Shown piece by piece: positions 45,303 to 64,000 of a stretch of 64,000 bases of DNA (position 1 is its first letter; the number at the start of each line of letters is the position of its first letter). Below the pieces are notes generated by a model, which saw nothing but the letters and a program-made list of their open reading frames with translations, was not told where the DNA came from and ran no database searches. Position numbers and translations under genes: made by a program. Source of the DNA: the human T2T-CHM13v2.0 reference genome, Homo sapiens; NCBI RefSeq assembly GCF_009914755.1, contig NC_060940.1. One strand, given 5' to 3'.

Positions 45303-45412
45303 CTCGCACCCGGGCCTCGCTGGAAAACTCCTTGCAGTCGGATTTCAGGTGGATGATGATTTTTGTCCCGGTTCTAACTCCCGAAGCTTCGGCGATTTCA
45401 AACACTCCAGAA
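45303..45412 (-). CDS. TRAP1: TRAP1 exon 7
   Basis: [36 protein letters not shown] (GT motif of the GHKL fold); 110 nt. Confidence 0.97.
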
Positions 45413-46042
45413 CTAAGGCAGGCAAGGAAAGGAAAAGCCAGGTGGATGTGACACTGGGACATACCCTGCATGGGACTCCAGCGGTTCCCGAGGGTTTCAT
45501 AGGCAGAGCCCAAACAACACACAACACACCTCAAATGCCCCATTTCTGACCCCAGCGCACCACTCAGGCCATCACATGCCCATCAGGAACGATGAGCCTG
45601 TCGCAGGCGGCAGAGTTCTCCTGGTTCCCTCGGGCGGGGGGCGGGGGGGCGGGGGTCCTCCACCGACCCTGGGCTTCGAAGAAGCTTCTGGGCTTACCCC
45701 AAAAGCAGGCCTGGGGCACTGTGGGGGACTGGCCCAGCTCCAAATCGGGTGCCAGATGCCCAGGGGCAAAAACAAAGGCCAGGGGGACAGGCGCCCCCTA
45801 AGAAGAGCAGAAAACCATCTCCGAAGCACAGGAGGGGGGAATCCCCCGGCAGGGCCATGTTGATGCCTTGGCCTAAGTTTACTCTGAGCCCCGCTCCCAT
45901 GGAATTAAACAGGAATGTTAGTTTTGGGAGAGTGGGGAGTCAAGCTGAGCACAGTGCACACACTGTGGAGCAGAAATGGCATCACGGAGGGAGGACGCCT
46001 CGGCTGGCTGGAAGCGGCTCACCTGCTAAAAAGCCCTCGGAG

Positions 46043-46364
<322 letters not shown>

Positions 46365-46764
46365 CTATAGAGGCAGAAGTGGGCTGGGGAGACAAAGCCA
46401 GGAAATGCCAGGGCTGGGAGGAAGCAGAATGAGCTCTTGCAGAAGGTCGGTCACAGGAGGCTGCATAGTGTCCACCAGGCGACAGGCCAGTCCTGCAGCT
46501 CAGCCACTGAGAAAGGAGCTCAGCGCGGGCCGGACCTGCCTTCCCGAGCGCAGTGGTGGTGACCAACCACATGGGACCAGACAGGTGCCATAGGCCACCT
46601 GGAGCCACAAAAGTCACTAACTCCCCAAAATGGGAGAGTCAGATTTCATATAAAAAGCCCAGAAAATGCCTGTGTACGTTTTCTGAGTCCATCCCTTTCC
46701 AAACTCCATGCTAAGGGCTCCAGCTCAGCTTTGAGCTGCCTGTCAGGCGACATTCGTCACTCAC

Positions 46765-46925
46765 CCATCTGAAAGCCACTGGTAACCCAGGCTCCCCGGG
46801 GCTGCCGAGCGGGAATAGACCTCCACTCTGTCAGCCACCATGAAAGCTGAGTAGAAACCCACTCCAAACTGGCCGATGATCTTGCTGCTGGCCTCAGCCT
46901 GGTTCTGCAGAGCATCCAGGAAGGC
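46765..46925 (-). CDS. TRAP1: TRAP1 exon 6
   Basis: [53 protein letters not shown] ([10 protein letters not shown] signature); 161 nt. Confidence 0.98.
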
Positions 46926-47469
46926 CTGTGGGGCAGAGGCCAGTTAGTGAGGCAGCCTCCCCTCCAGAGAGCAGACACTCCCAACACCGTGGCTCTTCTG
47001 CGAGCACCGCTAAGACCCCTTCATCCTGAAAACAGCCACACCGAGTACTTTTCCACCCCATTCTACACGTGAAGAGCTAAGTCACAGAGAGGTGACACAT
47101 TAGCCCTAGGACAACCAGCTGGCAGCAGTGGGACAAGTGTGTTTTCCATTTGATTCCCAAAGCTCACAGTCCTGCCTGTCCCAGACAGGTGGAGGCCTGT
47201 GGGTCACACCTGGGGGTGGGGAAAGAGCAGCTTGAATAAGCTCTTTCCCTTGAATAAGCTCCTTCCATAGGAAGGCCAGGAGTGAGGAGAGGCTCCAAAC
47301 TGGCTTCCATATTCAAGTCTCCTGGACTCTACACTTTGTGGGAAAAAGAGTAGAAATCACGCGCATGCGTCTGTAAGCACCGCACAGCACTTCATTTTTC
47401 TACTATAATACTGCCAAAGGTCCTAAGGCCAAAGTCAAGTAAAATACACACGCCCACTGCCCTGGCCCA

Positions 47470-48027
<558 letters not shown>

Positions 48028-48509
48028 TAGTGTTTTCATCTTACAGATGAGGAGACTGAAGTAAGTGCTTTGCCCAGAGCTGGAAAAGGGCGACCGCTGG
48101 AGGTTCCCAGGCTGTTGGTCTGAGTCCAAATGTGTTGCTCTGCCTCACAGCACTTTTCTGCAAAGTCGATTCCCTGAGCCTTGTGGGCTTGACGCAGAGA
48201 GGGTCAGAGGGATCAGTCCCCTCTCACACAGCGCCGTGATGAGAACGGGCTTGGGATGCGGCGTCTGTGGGTTTGATGGTTCTGGTCAGAACTGCTCTGT
48301 GGGTCTGGGCATAGTGACGTGCACCTGTAGTCACGCCTCAGGAGGCTGAGGCTGGAGGATAGCCCGGCCAACATGGTGAAACCCCGTCTCTACTAAAGAT
48401 ACAAAAAATTGGCCAGGCGTGGTGGCTCGTGCCTGTAATCCCAGCTACTTGGGAGGCTGAGGCAGGAGAGTTGCTTGAACCGGGAGGCAGAGGTTGCAGT
48501 GAGCCAATA

Positions 48510-48837
48510 CAGTTGGTCCTCCTATCTACGGGTTCCACATTTGCAGATTCAACCAGCCAAGGATCGAAAATACTCAGAAAAAAAATAAAAAACAACACAA
48601 TGATAAAAAGTAGTATAAAAAACATAACTATGTTATATCTATATCTAGCATTTACATTCTATCAGGTATTATAACTAACCTAGAGACCATCTAAAGCATA
48701 CAAGAAGATGTGTCTACAATATACGGCACCAATTTAATCCGGGACTGGAGCATCTGCAGACTTTGCTATCCAAGGGGGGTCCTGAAACCAACCCCTAGAT
48801 ACTGAGGGACCAACCCCCAGATACTGAGGGATGGCTG
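48510..48837. mobile_element. MER2 (TcMar-Tigger) element
   Basis: ta|cagttggtcctctatctacgggttccacatttgcagattcaacc...gcatttacattctatcaggtattataactaacctagag...gatactgagggatggctg. Confidence 0.8.
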
Positions 48838-48985
48838 TCATGTCATGAGGTGTTCCCACAGTACCCACTGCGTGGCATGCAACTGACAACGTTCTTACTT
48901 AATCTGGCACCCAGGGCCACCCCTACTGGAGGGATCCTTGCACCCTGAGGGGAAGGGGGAGGCTGTGTGGGGGCCCCACGCTTAC

Positions 48986-49057
48986 CTTTGACCCCGATCT
49001 GGCAATCGTCCCCAGGTTGGACACCAGCTCTTCCTGTGTCATCCCGATACCAGTATC
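48986..49057 (-). CDS. TRAP1: TRAP1 exon 5
   Basis: [24 protein letters not shown] (DxGxG and LGTIA motifs); 72 nt. Confidence 0.98.
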
Positions 49058-49147
49058 CTGAGGAGAGAGACGCACTAAGTGCCAAGCCCCCAGCACCTGG
49101 GGAGCCGGGTGAGTGCACCAGCAGTCCCAGGGACTCAAGTGGTGTCA

Positions 49148-49555
<408 letters not shown>

Positions 49556-49911
49556 TCACCAGAGAAAACAGGAAGGGACAGCAGAAAGTTGCTTTGTTTG
49601 TTAAAAACCATTCCGAAAAGAAAATATTACACCAGCAATTAGGAAAAGCACAGCTCTCCCACCATCAAGATGTGGCCCCCACGCCTTCTCCCTGGCTGTG
49701 GTTCTGGGGAACAGTGATCCCCTCTGGTGGCTCTCTCAATCCAGCAGAATGATCTGACTGAGGACACCAGGAAGCAGGTGTTGGGAACGCAGCTCTGCAC
49801 GCGGCACCTACTCCCACCCTACCACCATGGGAACAGCGGGCACAGACGCCTCTCCTGCGGGAAGGCAGAGCCCTTGCGTTGGAGCCTCTATCTGGCCTAT
49901 CCTGTTGCAGC

Positions 49912-50265
49912 TGCTCTGCTCTGAGTGCCAGTGTCACCCAAATCCATATATTAAGACCTAAGTCCCAAGGGGATGGCACTGGGAGGGGGGCCTTGGGGAG
50001 GTGATCAAGTCACGACGGCTCCACTCTCATGAATGGGAGTAGGGCCCTTAGAAAACAGGCTTGAGGGAGCTTGCCTGCCCCTTCCACCTTCTGTATGAAG
50101 ATGCAAGAGGCACTGCCTGAGTCAAAGGGCCCTCGCCAGATGCCCAATCTGCTGGCCCCTTGCTCTTGGACCTCCCAGCCTCTAGAACTGTAAGCAATAG
50201 GGTTCTGTTGTTTATAAATTGCCCAGTCTAAGGTATTCGGCTATAGCAGCCTGAATCACAATACA
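49912..50265 (+). mobile_element. MaLR LTR (MLT1A-like)
   Basis: 'ccttggggaggtgat...ctctcatgaatggga...ccctcgccaga...cttggacctcccagcctctagaactgtaagcaata...ttctgttgtttataaattgcccagtctaaggtatt...tatagcagc'. Confidence 0.8.
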
Positions 50266-51074
50266 GACCAACGCGCTGGTGAACACACAAGGCCTTACTG
50301 ACCATGGGCTCCTCCTTCCTCAAAGCCCAGTCAGACTCCCATCTGCAGATCCTCGCTCAACATGCCCATAATGTAGCCACAGCCCCAGCTTGCTCTGCTA
50401 TGATGTGCAGACCACCTTAAATAAAAGAGCTCACTCCAAGCCTCCACATCTATGAATTGGGACAAAGGCCCTCAGAAACAGTTTTCTGAACTTCCTTCTA
50501 GGAAGTTCCTTTCTAAAGACTTCCTCTCCAGGACAGCCTGCAGGAGCCATGGGAGCCCACTAGCACCAGGCGCCAGTGCTGTCTCCATTGGCAAAGCAAG
50601 GGTGGTCAGTGCCACTCAGCAAATAATCCACAGCAAGCAGCAGGCCAGGGAGACTGGCCAGCTGTCAGCCTTCCCATTGTAGGCAGCACAGGCAGAATGG
50701 GTGCCAAAACCACATCACCACCAGTTACTGCAGTGCACACATGTGTGCATGTTTCACGGGCCCCAGCAGCCAACAAGAAACATGGCACCAAGAGGCTTCT
50801 GGGCAATTATTTCTGAGGTGCCGGTTTGAATAGTCCAAAATCCAGCCTGATTCATTTATTGTAGATCATGTAATAATTATGAATAAAAAACTACTTAAAA
50901 TTAGTATCTAGTTGATATCAGTCATTAAATATAAGTTTCATTTAAGTGTTTAATACATCAGAAACTTAAATAGAGTCCTTAAGGGAAAGGTTAATGTTAG
51001 ACCAAGGTAAAGGAAAAAATGCAACTAATAGCTCCTATTTTCAATTTATTTTTATTTTTTCCCAAACTGATCTG

Positions 51075-51535
51075 CACTGCAATCCCAGTCTAAATCCTCA
51101 CAGGTTTTGTAGAAAATGACAAGCCGATTCTAAAATGTATATGGAAATACAAAGAACTTAGAAAATTTTCAAAATATTTTGAAGAACGAAGTTGGAGAAT
51201 TTAAAATACCTAATTTTAAGACTTCCTATAAAGCTACAATAATTAAGACAGTGCGATGTGGGCATTTAAGGATCGACACATGGATGAAAGAACCAAACAG
51301 AGCACAGGAACAGAGATGCACAGAGAGTGTATTACTTGATTTTTGACAAAGATTCCAAGGTAATTCAATGGGGGATGATAGGTCTATTAACAGATAGTAC
51401 TGAAACAACTGTACACCCATAAACAAAACATAAACCTCAAGCCCTACCTCACACCATACACAAAAATTAACTTGAAATGGATCATAGATCTAAATATAAG
51501 AGCTAAAGCTATAAAACCTCTAGAAGAAAACATAG
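51075..51535 (+). mobile_element. L1 ORF2 fragment (old L1M)
   Basis: 'gacaagccgattctaaaatgtatatggaaa...ctataaagctaca...gatttttgacaaag...cctcacaccatacacaaaaattaacttgaaatggatcatagatctaaat...ctagaagaaaacatagg'. Confidence 0.85.
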
Positions 51536-54072
<2,537 letters not shown>

Positions 54073-55262
54073 AGATGAAACAAATGGACCATGACGCTCC
54101 CATCGGCTATTGAGAATAGAAAAACTGGGTCCCAAAGGATATAATGGAGCTCTAAATTACCTGCTCAAATTTTCTGTAAATCTAGAACTGTTCTTTAAGA
54201 AAAAAGAAGACAAAAGACAAAACCAAAAATCATTATTGTAACATAAATGGTCTTAGTACCAGGAAGTACTGGCACATGAGGACTGGCCCCTCTGCTAAAG
54301 ACCAAGAATCATGTCCCCATGACCCCTTGCCCCAGCACATCCATTTTCAATCATCTGCAAGGAACCTCTGTGCTGAAAACAGGAGGAAAGCACAGGGCGC
54401 TGCAGCCCTGCCCACAGGGCCCATTCCACAGCCAGGCCAGCTCAGCAAAGGCAGGGAGAGAAGAAACCCACTCCCCACCCAATCCTTATGACCAAGGGCT
54501 ATGACAAACAGCTGGCACGTACCACGGGGCTCAGTCTGGATTCTCTAAACCCAAGAGGGAGTGCGTAAAGCTGACACCTCACAAAAGCCCCTCCTTTAAT
54601 TAAAACAGCCATCCCTTCACAAGTCCATTCATTCACGCGTGCCTGCATTCATTTATGTGGCATGACCTTCAGAGCAAGCCAGCACCCTAAAAGGGAATAC
54701 TCAGATCCCACCGAGGCCAGTCTGTCCACCTCTCCACAGAGACAGACACCCCCGCAATGACGCCGTGACCCTGGGATGACAGGTCCTGAGGCAGCTGTCT
54801 TTGGATGCAATGTCTCTCAGGGCCCCTACCTGATCCTCTTTGGCCTAACTTTTCAGCCTTAAAATTTCCACAAGGCTACAGCAGCAGCCACAGCACTGCT
54901 TCGTCGGCATTTTGAGGGGAAAACGCAGTTAAAAATATGAAAAGAGTACATTAAAAATAAGATATGTTTAGATATGTTAATACCTGCATATACCAAAACC
55001 CTGTGTGGCCATATGCTAAGATGTTACCAGTAGTTATTGCTGGATGATGGGGTGATTTCAAATTTTCTTCTTTTCTGCTTACCTGCTTTTCCAAAATTTT
55101 CTATAATGAATGAGTGCTACTGTAACACTAAATTATAGCCAGAGTTATCCTGGTGGTACGGACGGCCAGTACGTCCCTGGGACCCGAGACATCACTAGAA
55201 GGCGGATCCTGTCCTTGCTGCATGGCCGGGCCTGCCACACGCCTGGACACTGAGGGAGGTAC

Positions 55263-55403
55263 CTGGATGGTGATGGTGCCTTTCTCGGCATTGGTCTGCA
55301 AGTGAATCTCCATTTCTGGCAGTGCTTGGCCGTCAGACACCAGTTTGTGACGCAGTTTTTCCAAGGCATCGCTGGCATTGGAGATCAGCTCCCGTATAAA
55401 CAC
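55263..55403 (-). CDS. TRAP1: TRAP1 exon 4
   Basis: [47 protein letters not shown] (HSP90 N-box [10 protein letters not shown]); 141 nt. Confidence 0.98.
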
Positions 55404-55609
55404 CTACAGGAATAGAAATGGGAGGCACAGACAATGAAGGACACTCATCCTGCAGGATCTATCTGGTCAGCTGCACTTCCAATAACTGTTAAAAGGTAGA
55501 GGAGAATAGTCAATTCTCAAAGCATAAAGAGTTTCTGCTTTAGTCAAAGGCAGTTCCTCTGGGCCGGTCACAAAGTGACTGAAGGTGCTGACTTTCCTTT
55601 CAGGATTTC

Positions 55610-56250
55610 TTTGAGAGTCTCACTCTGTCACTCAGGCTGGAGGCTGCAATCACGGCTTATTGCAGCTTTAACCTCCTGGACCCAAGCAATCCTCCCACCT
55701 CAGCCTCCTAAGTAGCTGGGCCCACAGGCATGCACCACACCCAGCTAATTGTTTTAAAATTTTTATAGACACAGGGTCTCGCTATGTTGCCCAGGCTGGT
55801 CTTGATCTCCCAGGCTCAAGTGATCGTTGTGCCTCCGCCTCCCAAAGTGTTGGGATTACAGACGTGAGCCACGGTGCCTGGCCCTTTTCAGGATTTTTAA
55901 TCAAGCCTGAAGTTACGTGTCCATCTGTTAATTATAACTTTAAGAAGAGCCCTCTGGCTGGGGTTGGGGGCTCATGCTTGTAATCCAGGCACTTTGGGAG
56001 GCTGAAGCAGGTGGATCACTTGAGGTCAGGAGCTCAAGACCAGCATGGCCAACATGGCAAAACCCAGTCTCTACTAAAAATATTAAAATTAGCTGGGCGT
56101 GATGGAACACACCTGTAATCCCAGCTACTCAGGAGGCTGAGGCAGGAGAATCGCTTCAACCCACAAGGCGGAGGTTGCAGTGAGCCGAGATGGCACCACT
56201 GCACTCCAGCCCCGACAGAGAGAGACTCTGTCTCAAAAAAACAAACAAAA
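55610..56250. mobile_element. Inverted Alu pair (antisense 55610-55883; sense 55956-56250)
   Basis: Alu motifs. Confidence 0.85.
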
Positions 56251-56327
56251 GAGGCCTGCGAGGAACAATTTCTTTCCCAACTCCTGCACAGGGATGACGG
56301 CATATCACTCAAACATCCATTTCTCCT

Positions 56328-56699
56328 TGATATGGTTTGGCTGTGTCCCCACGAAAATCTCACCTTGAATTGTACTCCCATAATTCCCACGTGTTGTGGG
56401 AAGGACCTGGTGGGAGATAAGTGAATCATGGGGGCCGTTTCCCCAGTACTGTTCTCGTGGTAGTGAGTAAGTCTCATGAGATCTGACAGTTTTTTGGGGT
56501 TTCTGCTTTTGTGTCTTGCTCATTCTCTCTTTGCCTGCTGTCATCCATGTAAGACGGGACTTGTTCCTCCTTGCCTTCCACCATGACTGTGAGACTTCCC
56601 CAGCCACATGGAGGTGTAAGTCCAATTAAAGCTCCTTCTTTGGTAAATTGCCCAGTCTCAGGTATGTCTTTATCAGCAACGTGAAAATGGACTAATACA
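56328..56699 (+). mobile_element. THE1 (THE1C-like) MaLR solo LTR
   Basis: Starts tgatatggtttggctgtgtcccc and ends gtgaaaatggactaataca; 5-bp TSD CTCCT at 56323-56327 and 56700-56704. Confidence 0.92.
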
Positions 56700-56867
56700 C
56701 TCCTACTCCACAAAAACAGGTTCCCTAGCTTCATCTCATCTAGTGGGGACCACCAAACACCAGGTCTACCACACCCGGAGAAAAACAGGCCTCAGGGCCC
56801 AGCTGTCCCTCAGGAGCTGAAAAGCACACTGACCTCAAACAGACCTTCCATTTAAAATCAGTGAGAG

Positions 56868-58050
56868 AGGCCGGGTGTGGTGGCTCACACCTGTGATCTC
56901 AGCACTTTGGGAGGCTGAAACAGGCAGATCACCTCAGCCCAGGAGTTCAAGACCAGCCTGGGCAACACGGCAAAACTCCGTCTCTACAAAAAAATACAAA
57001 TATCAGCCAGAGGCTGAGGAGGAAGGATGGCTTGAGCTCAGGAGGCGGAGGTTGCAGCGAGCCGAGATCATACCACTGCACTCCAGCCTGGGCGTCAGAC
57101 CCAGACCCTGTTCCAAAAAATTAAAAAACCAAAAAAAAAAAAAACAAAAACCCACACAATTAAAAATAGAAAAATTAAGTCCGCAAGAGCACATAGGTGA
57201 AGAGGAAGCGGTGGCTGATCTGGGCGGAAGCTGGAGGTCACTGGGAGTCAGGAATGCAGCACTCATCAGTACGAAACCCGGAAACAGCTCCTAGAAGGCC
57301 CTCTGAGCTTTGAAATCTGCTGCTTTACAAACTTTCTTCAGGACTCTCCTTTGCCTTCCAGCAATAATCAGCATGTCAACGATGGTGGCCTTCATCTTTC
57401 TTTTTCCTTGTCCTGTCACCCCAAATGAGTTTTGCGGGGTTTTTTTTAATAGAGATGGGGTCTCTTCACGTTGCCTAGGCTGGTCTCAGACTCCTGGACT
57501 CACACAATCCTCCTACCTTGGCCTCCTAAAGTGCCGGGATTACAGGTGTGGGTCACCGCACCTGGCCCCAAATGCGTTTTAATTTCCTCAGTAACTCCTC
57601 CCTGCTCCATACACACAGGACTGGGGAACCTTCTTCCTCCGGCAGCCAAAGCCGCCAAGACCTGCAGGTAGTCCCACCAGGCAAAGGGGCCTCAGAGCGT
57701 ATCCAAAGCTCCACAGAGACGGAATTCAGCAGAGCTGCACGCTAGGATTTGGGGGACTTTTTTTTTGGAGAGAGGGTCTTACTCTGTTGTGCAGGTCAGT
57801 GTAGTAACACAATCATGGCTCACTGCAGCCCCAAAGTCTGCCAGGCTCAAGTCATCCTCCCACCCCAGCCTCCTGAGTAGCTGGGACCACAGGTCAGTGC
57901 CCCCATAGCTGGCTAATTTTTTAAATTTTTTGTAGAGACGGAGTCTTGCTGTGTTGACCAGGCTGGTCTCAAACTCCTGGGCTCAAGTGATCCTCCTGCC
58001 TCGACCTCCCAAAGCACTGAGTTCCCAGGCATGAGCCACCACACCAGGCC
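56868..58050. mobile_element. Alus (sense 56868-57150; antisense monomer ~57440-57568; antisense 57758-58050)
   Basis: Alu motifs. Confidence 0.85.
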
Positions 58051-58277
58051 TGTATTTCGGGAACTTTTAAAATTATTGGCAAAATTCAATTAATTCCCAG
58101 AGTTGATCCAGCCCAAAGAACCATCTGGATACACTTATCCAGGAAACCAAAACAGATTCTGGTAAAACTCCTCTCACTGGTAGCTTAAGATGAGGACCTG
58201 TCCAAAGTTTAATGCTTTCTCACAGCTAATATATTATCTGGCAATTCTCCAGAATGGCATAAAAACCAGCTTTGTGA

Positions 58278-59570
<1,293 letters not shown>

Positions 59571-60093
59571 ACTATATTCTTCAAAAAAGCGGTTTCCAAA
59601 TTAATTAGTTAGAAATCAAAATAACAAGAAAACCTCACTTCTCTTTTTAACTTCAAAGATTCTACTCTTGTCGACCCACTTAAAAGCCAGAAATGGAGCC
59701 ACTTCAGGACTGGCTCCAAAGACTGCTTTTTTATACTTCAGAGGGAATGAAAAGACAGCTCCAGAATTCGGTCCTGCGCAGACTGGGCCAATGCTGAGTT
59801 TCCCCTCCCGCTTCCATGATTATTAGCAGATGTGCCATGAATCACCACTCAGGGGAGGTGCCGGACGGCAAACTCACGGGTGGCCACCAGAGGGGGCAAG
59901 ACACACCCGACACTGGCAGAAGTCCCTCGCTGGGACAGAAATGGAGGGCGCAGCACTCCCTACAGCCAAGACCTTCTGATTTCACACCTAAGGCGGTGGC
60001 TCTACCAATCACTGCCTCCACCCTGAAAATGCCCCTTTACGCACAGCAGTGAACCAAAAAGCCCTCCCAGACCAAAGCACGAGCCAAGGCTAC

Positions 60094-60252
60094 CCTGCAC
60101 GCTCTCTGTGCTGCTGATAATCGAGTGCAGGGGTTCCTCCTTGTCCTCGGCGGTCTGCGTGCTGAACAGTCGTCCTGCCTGCAAGCTCCAGGCTGGGTTT
60201 CGCCTGGGGCCCAACTGGGCTGTGGTCCTCCGAGGACACAGAATTGGTTTTC
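60094..60252 (-). CDS. TRAP1: TRAP1 exon 2 (end of mitochondrial presequence and N-terminal strap region)
   Basis: [52 protein letters not shown]; 159 nt, phase 1-1. Confidence 0.96.
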
Positions 60253-60336
60253 CTGAAAAGACAAATATGCAGAAAGAATGAGAATTAGGAAGACACGAGA
60301 AACAATATGGTAATTCGTCCCATCAAGGGTGTCTAG

Positions 60337-64000
<3,664 letters not shown>

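Noticed and set aside
47360-47371. NRF1-like CGCGCATGCGTC in TRAP1 intron 5
   Set aside because: Imperfect match, isolated, and not in a CpG island or promoter context; likely methylated gene body

Overview
This is primate, almost certainly human, genomic DNA from the DNASE1/TRAP1 locus (16p13.3 by gene identity). It holds the complete DNASE1 gene on the + strand: a non-coding exon 1 plus 8 coding exons that splice to an 849-nt ORF (282 aa), with a four-copy 56-bp VNTR in intron 4. It also holds exons 2-18 of TRAP1 (mitochondrial HSP90) on the - strand: 2027 coding nt with consistent exon phases and GT-AG introns; exon 1 lies beyond the window end. The two genes converge and their 3' ends appear to overlap by about 60 nt. 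The rest is dense Alu, old L1/L2, MaLR LTRs, MER DNA transposons and a 7SL pseudogene. Most ORFs in the supplied track are Alu-derived or chance GC-rich ORFs. I found no evidence of a wholly new multi-gene system. The main unexplained structures are: (1) a TSD-flanked, poly(A)-tailed retrocopy consisting only of 3'UTR, which I recognise as RRM2 and which appears to preserve the pre-Alu state of that UTR; (2) a possible minus-strand poly(A) site next to that tail; (3) a 47-bp-arm palindrome split by an AluY; (4) a head-to-head Alu pair with complementary deletions; (5) a PTF1-type element in the DNASE1 promoter. Repeat subfamily names and the RRM2 identity come from recalled sequence and need RepeatMasker/BLAST confirmation.
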